A stretch of 61,958 bases of DNA, the filler included, from Podarcis melisellensis (lineage: Eukaryota): the NCBI GenBank assembly GCA_964234715.1. It is 5 parts of 5 records of this genome, joined end to end, with 100 filler letters (N's around TTAATTAATTAA, not from the genome) between each part and the next. Parts side by side here need not be neighbours in the genome. Positions count along the whole stretch, not along the records: positions 30,651 to 58,794 come from OZ174278.1; 4 more parts are not named here. The stretch is one strand, 5' to 3'. Below, in pieces: positions 39,893 to 55,060 of the stretch. The first letter of the stretch is position 1, and every line of letters begins with the position of its first letter. Under the pieces are notes generated by a model. The model was not told the origin of the DNA and made no database searches. It worked only from the letters and a program-made list of their open reading frames with translations. The position numbers and the translations under genes were made by a program.

Positions 39893-40250
39893 AAGGTAAA
39901 GGTAAAGGGACCCCTGACCATTAGGTCCAGTCGTGACCGACTCTGGGGTTGCGGTGCTCATTTCGCTTTATTGGCTGAGGGAGCCGGTGTACAGTTTCCG
40001 GGTCATGTGGCCAGCATGACTAAGCTGCTTCTGGCAAACCAGAGCAGTGCACGGAAACGCCATTTATCTTCCCGCTGGAGCGATACCTATTTATCTACTT
40101 GCACTTTGACGTGCTTTCGAACTGCTAGGTGGGCAGGAGCTGGGACTGAGCAATGGGAGCTCACCCCATCGCGGGGATTCAAACCGCCAACCTTCTGATC
40201 GGCAAGTCCTAGGCTCTGTGGTTTAACCCACTGCGCCACCCGCATCCCTG
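39893..40250 (-). mobile_element. Sauria (Squam1) SINE
   Basis: Full-length reverse copy with (AAAGGT)n tail; TSD CATGTTATGAAG (39884-39895 and 40251-40262). Confidence 0.92.
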
Positions 40251-43200
40251 CATGTTATGAAGACAGACAGGCAAACTTTCTATGTGTGGTAGGAGTAAGT
40301 AAGATTTGCCATATATTTTCCGTCCAGAACACAATGTCCAGGAGCGGCCAGCATAATGGAGGAAAGACCCACCATTCCAATGGTGGTGTTGCTGCCATTT
40401 ATGGGACACAGTGCAGGGGCGAGGTTGAGGCTGTGTAAAAATAATGGCAGAGCCAACCTGGCGATCCCGCAAGAGCGTTTCCTTCTTGCTACCCCTGAAA
40501 CCATCTAGGTATGTGGCAGCAATGCTGCAGCTCGGAAGGTGGCTCTGTAGCAGCACCACACCATGCCACCCCCCAAATCCTGCAAACGTTTTGGCATACA
40601 GCAAGCGTATGTAGAAACCATGTCCACAAGTGGGCAGCCTGAAGATGGTTGGGCAGTGTCCCATTCTGCCCGATGGAGCAGCCTCCATTGAGGTCTACCA
40701 CCTTTTAGTATCTGAGTTTCTTTACCCCACTATACAGAGTTTTCTCAATAACCCCCAACAGGGGTGCCAACTTGAATAAAATAATCTATCACACATGACA
40801 TTTGAAGGGCAACTTGGGGAGGGGGGCTATCACCTTCAAGTATTTTATTGAGGGGATGAAGGGACCTCAGCCCCTAGGAGTTGACTCCTATGTCCCCCAA
40901 CCCCTGTCAGTTCTGCCTTCTGCATTTCAGAGCTCTCTAGGACAAACCCCAATGTCTTGTAGACATCACTTTAGCTACTCTCTGACGCACATTGGGTACA
41001 AGATGCAGTATCTTTTCATCCGGCTCTATGGCTCTTTAAGAATACAGAATCTCTGCAAATGTTGACACTCATTATCATGCAATGTTTCCATTCCATTCCT
41101 ATTACAGTCCTCTTGAGGCTTCCAGCCAAAATAAGGCCAGCTATAATATTAGCAACAGGCATGTTTTCTCTTTCAACTGACGAAGACTTCAGCTGAACTC
41201 TTTTAATTTTAATGAAATATTTTGTGTGCTTTTCTCTAAAAGGAAATGAGGTCCTAAAAAGTGAGTTAAAAAACAATAAGATACTGACAACAAACTCCTC
41301 TCCTGGGGATATAAACTCCAAAGTGTACAATTCTGTTCCTATTAAGTCAATGGGAATTTCTCCACTGATTTCAACAAAATAAAATTAAAAAATCACCATG
41401 AAACATCATTATTTGCTTTCCTGTTTGTAACAGATATTTAGAAAGCTTCTGCAATATAAGTTACTTGCATTTTTATAAGTCGAATGATATGGAGATATAT
41501 AAATGTGATAAATAAAAAAGTAAATGGAAAAAAAAATCTTCCCACAGAGAATGAGATCAGATATATTGCTAATTTTGCCAGTAAACTGAAAGACTACAGT
41601 CATGATTATTGAATGAATTTCTTACATTTTTCATATCGGATTCATAAATACCACTATGCAATTGAAATCAACTTCCCAAGATTGTGAAATGAGCATTTGT
41701 GAAAGAAAAGTCTTCACCATTTATGGAGGATAAATGTCAGAACACACAGTATATATATATATATAGAGAGAGAGGGGGGGGAGATATTAGAAAATGGCTT
41801 ACTTAAAAAAGCAAAGCAAAGCTGGATGCTGCAGAAATGGACTGTGACCACAGCTGCATTTTGCATTTTGTGAACTGTTTGTGCTAGGCTGAGGCTGAAC
41901 TCCTCTACTTATGTGAAAATAAGCAGAGTTAAAATCAGTCAGACTTTCCAAATAACAATAGCTGGGATTGGGCTACAAAAGGGGAGTTCCTTCTGTAGGA
42001 GTTCATAAATAAATGTGCTATACAAAGAGATAGGTGGGCACAAGTCAACAAGGAAAACCTGGATGACACACTTAAAATGTAGAAACATTTCGGCCAAAAT
42101 CAATTAAAGAAGGAGAGGGAGAATGTTTCATATAGCCAGTTGGAAGGAAATACCTTTAAAAACAGGGAATTGGTCACTGCAGTGACAATAGCAAGAGTCC
42201 ACAACTCTATGTGTTTACTAACCACATCTGGATGAAGGGACATGGGACAGTATTGGGGTTACCTTCCCTCCTACTTCCTCTTAAATCACAGTTTTCCTGC
42301 TTCTTTCATCCTATAGGAAGAGTCTGACAAGCCAAGTTCCATTAGATAAAGTAGTCATTTATCCCAAACCAGAAAGCTCCTGTCAGCATCTCCCCTCCCC
42401 CCCAGTTCTCTGTTTAGTAGTAGCAGCACATGGTGCTTCTAACTTACTATCACAATATGTAGGCCACAGAGAACAGAACATATATTCAGAAGGTGTGTGT
42501 GCCAAGTAATTGTTAATACTTAATCTGAAGTATCTAACACAAGTCCTTACTTCCTGCTCTCTGCTAAACATTGTACTTGACCCTGGGCCACCACTTCATA
42601 TTTTTTCAGTGACTGCTAAGCGCCCACAATGTTACTCAAACAGCAAGGGCTTTCAAGTAGGACTGCCATTTTTGTATGTTTTTCATTAGTGGGTAGTTGA
42701 ACTTGGCTAATTCTGTGGTGCTCGACATCTCCTTCGGAGAACCACCACAGAACTGTAGTGCAGGTCATCTCCCTGGAAACAACGAATAGCAAATTTTTTT
42801 TGCTAATTAGAAGGCATTCCTTCCCAGCAGTCATTAATTCATGTAATTATAGAGTTGGAAGGGACCCTGAGAGTCATCTAGTCCAACCGCCACAATGCTT
42901 TTGCCTCAATCTTTGTGGCCACAGCAGATGGAAATGAAAACAAACAGACAAACTGCATTCTGTACAAGGTGGTGCAGCTTGAATTGGTATGCGCAAGGCA
43001 CTTCTGAGGAATCAGCACACAGCAAATTAGCCGGCTATCTCCTGGAGTTCCATTTAGCTTTTTAATTACAGATGGGGAATAGTATTTTCCCCTACAATGA
43101 TACAAAAGCCATTTCCATTAAGAAAATGGGCATGAAGGGAAAAGCAACAATAACACCACAGTGTTTCTCTTGTTCTTGTGGCCAACTTATAATGGAGAAG

Positions 43201-43687
43201 TCAAAAAGTCACCGAATTAAAAAACAAAACGAAACCACATCCCCTTCTTTCTGCTTTATCTACCATGATAAGAAAACCAATATTTCAGTAGAACAGTTCA
43301 CAACTGCAATCAGCACAAAGCCAGGAATTCCATCATATTTACCTCAAGGGAAAACCTTTTCTCACTGTGTCACTTAATCGTCTGGACAATCTTCCATTTC
43401 AAAGTAGCAATTTCTTAACTTCTTTCTTTCTAAGCATGCCTTTTAATGGAAATTTCCAGATATGATGTTAATTACATTATGGGTGGAATGTAGAAAAAAG
43501 CCAGATTTGCAATACAACTGCTCCATTGGACAGAGACTAATAACTAAAAGGTTTGCACCAACTTGGGTCTCCAGCTGCTTTTGGATTACAGCTCCCATCA
43601 TCCCTAGCTAGCAGGACCAGTGGTCAGGGTTGGTGGGAATCGTAGTCCAAAAAATAGAGACCCAAGTTTGGGAAACAGTGGTTTACA

Positions 43688-44583
43688 GCAGGAGTACGAC
43701 AAGGCTGTATATTGTCTCCCTGCTCATCATGTGAAAGGCTGGGCTGGATGAATCCGAAGCCGGAATTAAGATTGCCGGAAGAAATATCAACAACCTCAGA
43801 TATGCAGATGACACAACATTGATGGCAGAAAGAGAGGAGGAATTAAAGAACCTTTTAATGAGGGTGAAAGAGGAGAGCGCAAAATATGGTCTGAAGCTCA
43901 ACATAAAAAAAAACAAAGATCATGGCCACTGGTCCCATCACCTCCTGGCAAATAGAAGGGGAAGAAATGGAGGCAGTGAAAGATTTTACTTCCTTGGGCT
44001 CCATGATCACTGCAGATGGTGACAGCAGTCACGAAATTAAAAGACACCTGCTTCTTGGAAGAAAAGCAATGACAAACCTAGACAGCATCTTAAAAAGCAG
44101 AGACATAACCTTGCCGACAAAGGTCCATATAGTTAAAGCTATGGTTTTCCCAGTAGTAATGTATGGAAGTGAGAGCTGGACCATAAAGAAGGCTGATTGC
44201 CGAAGAATTTATGCTTTTGAATTATGGTGCTGGAGGAGACTCTTGAGAGTCCCATGCACTGCAAGAAGATCAAACCTATCCATTCTGAAGGAAATCAGCC
44301 CTGAGTGCTCACTGGAAGGACAGATCCTGAAGCTGAGACTCCAATACTTTGGCCACCTCATGAGAAGAGAAGACTCCCTGGAAAAGACCCTGATGTTGGG
44401 AAAGATAGAGGGAACAAGGAGAAGGGGACGACAGAGGACGATATGATGGGATAGTGTTCTCGAAGGTACCAGCATGAGTTTGACTAAACTGCAGGAGGCA
44501 GTGGAAGACAGGAGTGCCTGGCGTGCTCTGGTCCATGGGGTCACGAAGAGTCGGACACGACTAAATGACTAAACAACAACAAC
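43688..44583 (+). mobile_element. BovB (RTE) LINE, 5'-truncated
   Basis: RT C-terminal motifs INNLRYADDTTL, VKAMVFPVVMYGSESWTIKKA and AFELWCWRRLLRVP; ends in (CAA)n. Confidence 0.93.
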
Positions 44584-46364
44584 CTAAAACTGCTAGTCAG
44601 CAGCAGCAGCATGCACAGGGGCCAGTTCCTGCAACAAACCTAGGTGTCTGCTCTGTCCCCATATCCACTCAGGCAAACCTATTGCAGTTACTAACAATGT
44701 GAGTTGCAACATCAAGGGCTCATTCACTTGTTCACCTTTTAATGTGTTTTATGCTATCAACCGCTAGCAACAACCTTCTGTGTTGTACATAGGACCAATA
44801 GGGCAGACCCTATACAAAAGAATGAATGCACACAAATCTGATACCATAAATGGCAACACACAGAAATAAGAAAACTTTCTAACCTACCAGGCCACTCTGT
44901 CACTGGCATTAAGACAGTCATTCTTGAACTGCATGACTTCAAAGATAGACTCCCGCATGAAATTGCAGCTTATCAGGAAGTTCAGTTCTATTCATTTGGG
45001 CCTCAATAAAGACAATGGGTGACAACCAACTCAGTCAGAGTAGACCCACTGAAATCAATTCATTTCATTGTTTTCAATAGGTCTAATCTGGTTATGACTA
45101 ACACTGGATATCAGCCGTTTTCCCTGTCCTACTTGGTGTTTTAATTTACTCAGCAATGCTAAGATGATTGTGTTATCATCTAATACTGCCCTTGAGAAAA
45201 ATAAAAAAAATTGTCCAGTAACACCACCAACATGGCTACCTACCTGAATCTGCCATTGAGAAGTCACTGTGCTTATTCTGCATACATTTTAATTGAATTC
45301 TCACAGGCTGTACAATTTCCATTCATTGCCATGTAACCTCAAACACAAACATGTATCAATATATCTATTCCCTTTACATGGCTGCTAAGGAGTATAGCAT
45401 CAGATGCATTATTATTATTAGGAATTTTTTATATATATAAGGAAGATTGTATAAATCAAATTCCCCCAATACTATCAAGGTACTTATATTTCCACCTGAT
45501 AGAATGGCTTAAATACCCTCAGACTTATGGATTTCCATGGGACACAGAATGAACAACAGAATAATATCATGTGTAAAGTTGCATAAAATGGATAACAAAA
45601 CATATTAAAAGGAACTTATTTTATATAGAGAAAGAGAGGGACAATTTAAGTCACAGAACAAGATAGCATTGAATAGACACTTCTGAGCTATTTGCATAGT
45701 ACTACTGAATTTGCAAGGAGGTTCACAATACGCTCTTTTACACACATTTTACACACCGCTGTAAACTAAGTGTAGTGCCATGACTGCTTTCATTGCTGGT
45801 ATGGCAACAGAAGCATATTGATAAAAATATTAATGGTACGCAGCTTTGCATGTGCAACTTTCTGCATGGTGATGGTGTTGAGTAAAGAGTGCATCTGCTA
45901 AGTTCAGAAACAAGTTTCTAGATTTTACTTACAGATGATTAATAAAAATAAGGCATGAAACAGCCATGTTTTGTATCCTCCACACACATTCCAGCATGTA
46001 TTGCTCTGTGTACAGGGAGTTCCAGCTTTATCATCCTAGTGCCATCCTTTGCTCAGTGGACATCTTCTTGATTGGGTCCATTGTTTTTACATTGCCTCTC
46101 CCAAATTACCATTCAGCGTGATGTCCTCTTTTGCGTCAAAATGGAGTGCATCAGGACCTAGGATGGGACTCAGCAAACCCAACACAAGGATTCCAGCTAG
46201 CGCAACAGGCCTTTCCCCCTTCCCCCTTCCCTGGCCCCCCCAGCTCCCCTAAATCTGCTCTGGAGAGTCAGGAAAACTCCCAAAACAGTACACAGGGGAG
46301 GGAAGGGGAGAGCATTCTGTCAGGCAAGCAGAAAGTAAACTATATAGGCATTTTAATTAGTTCA

Positions 46365-46535
<171 letters not shown>

Positions 46536-49112
46536 CTACAAAAGGATTTCAAAAAACAGAGCCCAATATTAGAAGCAGATAATGAAAGCCTCCCTCTACC
46601 AAATAGAAAAAATAACTTTGTCAGTGACAAAGTTCCTTTTCTCTTGGATCCTGGGTGTGTCAATCACAGAAGTAAGATTTATTTTATGTACATTACATTT
46701 TGCAGTGTTTGGTTTCACACTTTACCTCTAAGGTCTGTTTTGGGTTATGTTTTGTAAGGAAAGTCAACCAGTAAGTGCAAATATAATGATGATGATGATG
46801 ATGATGATGATAATGATAATGGCCGAATCCTTACAAGGGCAAAGTACCTGTTTGGAGAGAGATCTGCATGGAGTTCAATATATAGGACATGGATGGTTTG
46901 CATGGACTTGTCAGTCCCCAAATGGCTCTGCTGTGATGCCTGCATGGGCTGAGGAGAAATGAGCTCTATGGAGATACCCCCAAGATGGAGATGGATTGTA
47001 CTAATTAATTGGCTTATTAACCAGCACCATTTTCTGGAGTTGGCTCTTTACAAGGGACTGGAACCACCAAGTCACCATGCATCCAATTCACAATGTCTGC
47101 TCTAAAGGATATCATGGGCAACTAAAAAAAAAAGTATGCTAAAAGATGTGCATTTATGAAAAAATTGCTCTTCCTTGCCACCAAATGGTGCTCAAATTTA
47201 ATAACAATAACAATTATCATCATCATCATCATCATCATTATACCTTACCCATCTGACTGGGTTTAATAATAGAAATGCTATTAAATACAATAAAATAGCA
47301 ATTATGGAACATTTTGGACTGCATTTTTTTTTACAAAAATGTAAATATTTAGCTCAACTCTGTTTCAGACTGTGGCCCTAGCTAGAATTATATTGAAAAG
47401 CTGTGCCTGATATTATCAAGGAATTGTGCAGTAGCCATGAAATACACTGCAGTTTAATCTGTGGTTATTTCCAGTCTCTACAGCTGAGAATGATAGACAC
47501 ACAATGGAGATTTTTTTACCGAATGTCAAAAACAAATCTAGAACATTATCACAAAAGAACAGTTAAACCTCAGCTTATTATTTGTTTAACTTCTTCCATT
47601 CCCTTCTAGATTTTAATAATAGACTTCACTCTGAACACAGTTTTTGTTTTTCAAGCCTAAACTCCATTCCAGCTTCTGCTGTGAAAGCTATTCATTTCTC
47701 TCCAGCTCTCTACAGATCCAGCTCCAAGTGCATACAATTAGCACTTTTGAGCTTTAACCCGCCTTCTCATTCTCATTTACTGCAACATTTTCCTGCTCTT
47801 TTATCCACTTGTCATTGTGTCACCATATATTCTTAGGGCTTCACTCCCCTTCTTCCCCTCTTTTTTAAGCAGTGGAAATAAACTGAACCCCCCGTAGTAG
47901 TGTGGTGGGGTTGGTTCTGTTCCACTATACAAATGTAATAGAGAAGTGGCAAATCTCACTGCAATTGCATCGTCTTGCAGTGTGTGTGTGGGGGGGGTTT
48001 AGGGGGGGGAGGTGGACTATACTATGAAAACTCAATATGCATTCCAGATGTAGGGTCTGCACTATCTGAACGAGGGAGGGAAAGGAACCGTCACTCCACC
48101 ATGCAGCAGTGGTGAGTTTCATAAAAGGTCCATCTCCTTCATTGTGAAATGAATTGCAAAAGACAACCAACTTCTTTAAACCACTCTAGAGTTCTGTTGG
48201 AGTGGAACCAACCAGTTATTCTTAGGAACCTGGGTAGGGGATAGGGTATAGGATTTATTTAGGAACTTTGAGATCCCTGAAAAACTGCTCTGCTGGGCCC
48301 AAGGGTAGTTCCACATGGAGCGCATTGCAATAAGGCTTGAGGTCACCAGTGACCATAATCTGTGAATCATGACAGCTAGAGAGAAAGTACAGTGATTGAT
48401 CGGTGTAGGTTTCTGCTTCACTGTAGTCCCCGATTTCATTGTGAACTGCGACAGGTACCCTGTCTTCTCCTGCAGAGCAATGGGTCTGTTAACAAGAAGG
48501 TTGGTGGTTCGAGTCCACCCAGTGATGACTGGGGGCAGCATTCCTGCATTGCTGGGAGCTGGACTAGATGACACCTGGGATCTCTTCCCAACTCCACAAT
48601 TCTGTGATTTCATGATTGTAGGTAGCATCTGCAATATTATATTATGAAAAGGAGTATGGTCGTGGTTTACAAACAACTTCCTGTGCTAGTGCAAAGACTG
48701 GCCGCCATAAGCTGCAGGGCTGAACTTCAGGTTCCATCAAATAATTAAACAGGGGAAATCTAGACACAGAGGGGCAAGCTTCCACCTGCGAAACCATGCT
48801 GGACACTCATTTGCCATTCAGTGTTCCTAGTTTACTGTGCTACCTGTGAGTGCTTCCATACCAAAACCAATATGCTACAGGAAAGCAATGCAGGGCAAAA
48901 GTAGATGCTATACTGGCTATTGCTTACTCCCATCCCATGCTAGTTGAGTTAAAGGGGATGCAGGAATAGAGAGAGAAGCACTCGCGGGAGACAATACTGA
49001 GCTGGATCGACCAGTAGTCTGACTCGATACAAGGCAGCTTCCTCAGACAGTTGTAAAATCTGATTTCTCCTGTGCCTCGTTTCATCCACATATGAACACG
49101 AGCAACATTTCA

Positions 49113-49406
<294 letters not shown>

Positions 49407-49780
49407 CTAGCTAAAATGTGGGTGGAGTTTGGTTTCCTGCTTGTAAAAATGCAATGGGTCACTATAAGACTGTTTTCAGTACCTCGGAGTTCGGCTTGCT
49501 AAGATTCCCAGCTACCTTAGTCTACTCCTATATGCTGTTGTGATATCACAGGCATGCATTTTCACCCAGAGCACATGATAATTCTGTATGCATGCTGGTT
49601 TTTCCTCACCCTCAGAATCAAACATATGGTTGAAAGGAAAGGTGGGCTGAATCACTCCATAAAAACCCAAGGAACAACACTGCACATGAGTAGCTGAACT
49701 GTAAGCTCTTTTTAAATGCCACCTTTAAGCACCTATCCCCTTTCTGTCTACGCCACTGCATTAGGTCTTCCCTAGGACTC

Positions 49781-50250
49781 AAGGTCCGTATAGTTAAAAC
49801 TGTGGTTTCCCCAGTAGTGATGTATGGAAGTGAGAGCTGGACCATAAAGAAGGCTGATTGCCGAAGAATTGATGCTTTTGAATTATGGTGCTGGAGGAGA
49901 CTCTTGAGAGTCCCATGGACTGCAAGAAGATCAAACCTATCCATTCTCAAGGAAATCAGCCCTGAGTGCTCACTGGAAGGACAGATCCTGAAGCTGAGGC
50001 TCCAATATTTCGCCACCTCATGAGAAGAGAAGACTCTTTGGAAAAGACCCTGATGTTGGGAAAGATGGAGGGCACAAGGAGAAGGGGACAACAGAGGATG
50101 AGATGGTTGGATAGTGTTCTCGAAGCTACCAGCATGAGTTTGACCAAACTGTGGGAGGCAGTGGAAGACAGGAGTGCCTGGCGTGCTCTGGTCCATAGGG
50201 TCATGAAGAGTCAGACACGACTAAAGGACTAAACAACAACAACAACAACA
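49781..50250 (+). mobile_element. BovB LINE 3' fragment
   Basis: Highly similar to 44120-44583; (CAA)n tail; possible TSD ACTCAAG (49777-49783 and 50253-50259). Confidence 0.92.
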
Positions 50251-52939
50251 GAACTCAAGCCTTTAGCCCAGCAGACCCTGCACTCTAGAACTCCCTACAA
50301 GTAGCGGTTCTGCAGGAGCTGTATCTATTGCTTTTTTATCAGTTTATCATTATGCTTCTATTGATACTTTTACTGATCTTGTTGTATTCTGTATTATGTA
50401 TACTGCCTTGATATATCTTATGAGGGAAGAATTTATATGAATTTTTCAATAAATGCTAAAAAATAAATATGTCCAATATGTTGAAGTTTCATCACTTGTA
50501 GATTTCCTCAGATATGTCTCCTTCAGCTTTCTTATACCCATTCATTTGCATAAAGGCTACATTCAAATAAGCTCTTAACTATCAGTGGCCCTGATCCAGC
50601 TCTCATCATGAGGTATGAACATGCAACTAGTTGTGTGGGAATATGAATGGGAGATGTACTTTCAGATACACACTGGAATATGTTTCTCATTCTAAGCAAA
50701 ATAGCACTGGTCGGCTGCATCCTCCCCCTGATACACATATGAAGAGTATCATATCTATTTCCAATTTACACCCACAATTTCCAATCCAGAGTGATATTCA
50801 GACATAAGCCTGCTTAACTGGGTCAGGGTGACAGTGTACATATCTTGTTCATGGTTTATTTGATCTTTTCGGCATCTCTATATCATTTATATCTCAATAG
50901 CTTAGAAAGTGTAGCAAGTTTCACTTAAAATGAAACTTGCCTCTCTTCTCTTCTTTTTTAATGCCAAATAAATGGCATTCATTTTCTACAGCATCACATT
51001 TTAGAAAGGACAAATGTGATGTTAAAACAAAAAAAACCTAGACAACCTTCTCCATTTTAGAGAAAACCAAACCTTCCATTTAAAACATGCTTCGTTCTAA
51101 TGTTACCCCACGTAAATCTTTCCTATTATTAAAGTTCTCTGTATCGGAAAACACCAGTTTAAAGAAAATGCTAAGGCAGTATACAGTGATTTTAAGTTCA
51201 GCAAGTAGCAATCTTTCTTTCAGAGCAAGATATTTTTAGTTGAAAGGTACACTTTTTATCATTTATGTTAAAATGAATCTGAAACGCAGCTACCTAGCTG
51301 ACAGAGCCAACAGCTGTGAAAATGAGACCTGGAGATTTATGCAAATAGAGAGATTTTGAATTAATTCATGTTGTGTGGCTGTGTGGTGGAGGCTTCAAGT
51401 TCCTTTTGATTCCCTCCCCCCTTTCTGAAGATTAGTTAGAGATTCTGATACTGCTAATCAACTAGAAACTATTTCCAAAATACAATATAAACCGACCAAT
51501 GCTAAAATGCATTAGAGACCACTATTTTTGGTCCATCCATCAATCACTGTTAACATCGTCCAGTATTAAGGTCTGAAATGGTAGCATTATACAGAGTTCT
51601 CCCATTCCACAACATTCAGTGCAATCTGTCTCATGCCATACAATCTTGCCTGATGTCGTTACAGGTATCCCCCCATTTAGGCATGTTAAAGTGTGGGGAC
51701 ACACTTGAAGAGCCCCAGCAAAGCTTCACTGTGCTTTTGGCTCATGAGGAAACCCTCCCCAGAGCCCAAAGAAGACATTTTCTGGGTTCTGGGGAGGGTC
51801 TCCACAAGAGCCGGAGGGGCAGTGGGCCTTGCCCCATAAGTGCAGGTATTCCCTCAAAAAGCATTTTGCTCAACTGTTGTAACTCTAATTTCTCATCTGT
51901 ACCAGCCAAACCCTATGAAATAAATGCAATTTCTCATGAGAGAAGGCAGCCGATTTTAATTGCAAAAATTAAAGGTAATAAAATGTTCTATATTTTCTTT
52001 AGTTTGGACATGGCTTTGCAAATGACAAATCCAAGAAATGGAAGGAAACACACTTGAAGAAGTCCATTTTAGAGGCTCACACTGACCTGAAAACAAATCT
52101 ATCAGACCACATAAGAAGACAAAAATGGTCCACAGAATGCTGTGTTCGGTAACCATAGTGACCATAAGCTTCTACTTATTTACTGTTTGTCAGGTAACCA
52201 TGTGAAAGCATGCAATTTGGAGGCATTAGGAAATGAAGGTTGTCTGCCTTTTCTTCCCCTTTCTTTCAAAAAACCCACAATGTTCCTATAGCGCTTCCCC
52301 CCCTTTTTTTTTTAGTTCTAGGCTTTTGATTCAGCGACATTAATGGACATAGTAATCAATAGTTCCCATTTGGCTCAGCACACTTGCTTTTCAGCATCTA
52401 GGGAAATGGCAGAAAGAAAGGTACCATGACAGCAAGCAACTGCCATTTTTTACTTTTGCTCTTGCTTAGTGACAAGCAATACAGGACAGCAAGAGGGTGG
52501 GACACTTCACGTATTCACTTTGTATGACATCTTAGCGCTGCACGGTATCAATCTATCATCACATCACACAATATGTGCAGAAGCTTCTATTAGCTGAGAC
52601 AACTCTTAAGGAAGTTTCCGGCTTTGATTATATTGGCATGTCTGATTTCAAAATTCCCCCTTTTTTCTGTTTGCCATTCCACATTTTCTAGATTGGGAGC
52701 TAATGGGTTATTTATCAGTGACATTTATTTGGTTGGAAGGGCCTGACTAGAACATTTCCTGACATCACCTGCACCTCTCGTTCTCTGTTCATCCCAGTAC
52801 ATTTTAACACTTTGGCTGGAAAATCCCATGTCACCACATTCAGTGGTTTTAAAAGAACCCAAACTAAATAGCAGCTGATTTCACCATCTTATTTAACCTC
52901 ATGATCAGGCCAGTCTTCTCACTGTAACTTTTATGCATC

Positions 52940-53165
52940 ACAGCTATCTGCCAATCACCCATTCCCACCACCCTTCTGAGTAATACCCCTCCCCACCTTC
53001 TCATTATATAGAAGGGTCTGGTAACTTCTGTTTCAGTGTATCTGAAGAAGTGTGCATGCACACGAAAGCTCATACCAAGAACTAACTTAGTTGGTCTTTA
53101 AGGTGCTACGGGAAGGATTTTGTTTTGTTTTGACTATGGCAGACCAACACGGCTACCTACTGTAT
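52940..53165 (+). mobile_element. Short Penelope-like (tentatively Neptune-type) pseudo-LTR insertion
   Basis: 18-bp direct flanks CTGTAACTTTTATGCATC (52922-52939 and 53166-53183); internal TATA-like TATATAGAAGG; hammerhead motif; downstream GTTGGTCTTTAAGGTGCTAC segment that I recall from reptile PLE ends. Confidence 0.75.
53038..53075 (+). ncRNA. Putative minimal type I hammerhead ribozyme
   Basis: Stem I GUAU/AUAC; CUGAAGA (53042-53048); one extra A; stem II GUGUG-CAUG-CACAC; GAAA; palindromic AGCU; CUC triplet ending at 53071. Confidence 0.72.
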
Positions 53166-54148
53166 CTGTAACTTTTATGCATCTTGTTCACTTTAGCTAT
53201 AGACTGGAGCATTAAATTATGACAGCTTGTGAAAACATGGCCTGGATGTCTTGCAAAGTGTCTACAGGTTCTGACATTTTCAACCCCCAGAGCCTACTTA
53301 GAAGGACTGAAAAATATTGAGGCCTAAGAGGCACAAAATGGCCGTGCAGGGCCAAAGATGGCGGCAGAGTTTGTTCTAAACAGGTGGCAGTTACTAAGAT
53401 TGCTTTCTATGGATGTCGCATTTCTTATTCTTATCCAAGGACACATTTCTCACCCTGAGTTACAGCTCTCCTCGTTTATTCTTCTGTGTTTACACAAAAA
53501 ATGAAGGAAAGCAGTCTGGTTCTTGCTACTGCTGTCCCTGTCTCTGAAGTTAAGTGCCTGGATGATCAGTGCCTGATGGGATATCACTGGGGAACTACTC
53601 TGAAAAATCTGGAGAAAGGGGCAGGAAAAAAAGTGAAAGAGATCTTATGTTACATACAAATGAATGAGCACATAAATATGTAAGGTTTTTCCCCAATACC
53701 GGCATTGCACTAGTTGAACTGGTATCAGCTCACACTATGAAACTTCCCCTTCCTTTTATCCTGCTTGATGCCACCCTTTGAAATCTGCTCTTGAGTTCTG
53801 GAGGACCCTCTGAAGCAAATCTGGGGTGTGTGCAAGGGGCTGTAGAGGGATAAGGGAAGAAGAAGTTCTATTAAGGGAGTAAAGCCTGCTTGTGTAGCAC
53901 TGGACACAACCCAACGACTCACAGAGCAGTACTTGTAAAGCTATTTTTAGAGTTGTTTTGGGGTCCAGAAGGCAGTACAGGTTTTAAAAACTAAATGAAG
54001 TAAATAATCAAAAGGCATTACACAGCTTTCCACAGTACATTCCACAAAGCAATAGAAATGCTCAAAATTTTCCCCCAACCAACACACAGGAACAACATGA
54101 TCTTTACCCACACCTTCCAAACAGCTGGTGTTAACAAAGCTAGAATTA

Positions 54149-54487
<339 letters not shown>

Positions 54488-54746
54488 CTATTTCAAGTAG
54501 GCTTCTAGCATTAAGTACCATGTGTTGAATGGGAAAGTAACAAATGTCCTGGTCCATTGATTTCCTTCAGGTTTTCTATAGCTTCTTACAGCATATTGTT
54601 ACAGCACGTTAATTTAAAAAGGGTTAGTGAGGCTCAAAAAAAAAAAAAAAAGAAGTATTGAAATACAGGACCACAGATCAACTAACCATTGCTTTGATCT
54701 TGAAAAACCATATGTCAGTTCTTAAGTTCCATATATCAGTGTACTG

Positions 54747-54875
54747 CAGGCATGGGCAAAATTGGCTCTCCAGATGTTTTGGGACTACAACTCCCATCAT
54801 CCCTAACAGGACCAGTGGTCAGGGATGATGGGAGTTGTAGTCCCAAAATATCTGGAGGGCTGAGTTTGCCTATGA
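54747..54875. mobile_element. Palindromic MITE; related copies at about 43550-43680 and 61120-61240
   Basis: Long inverted arms GGGACTACAACTCCCATCATCCCT / AGGGATGATGGGAGTTGTAGTCCC. Confidence 0.75.
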
Positions 54876-55016
54876 CAAGGGGAGTGTGTACAAGGTTTAA
54901 TGTGGTTTTAGGCTCATATAATATTATCCTAAATGTCCCATCTTTACCCCAAAACACAATACTCTGGTTAATAATGGCTAGTGCAGTTACTTAAAAATAT
55001 AAGTATAAAGCTTTTT

Positions 55017-55020
<4 letters not shown>

Positions 55021-55058
<38 letters not shown>
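55021..55058. repeat. (CA)n microsatellite
   Basis: Direct reading of the sequence. Confidence 0.95.
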
Positions 55059-55060
<2 letters not shown>

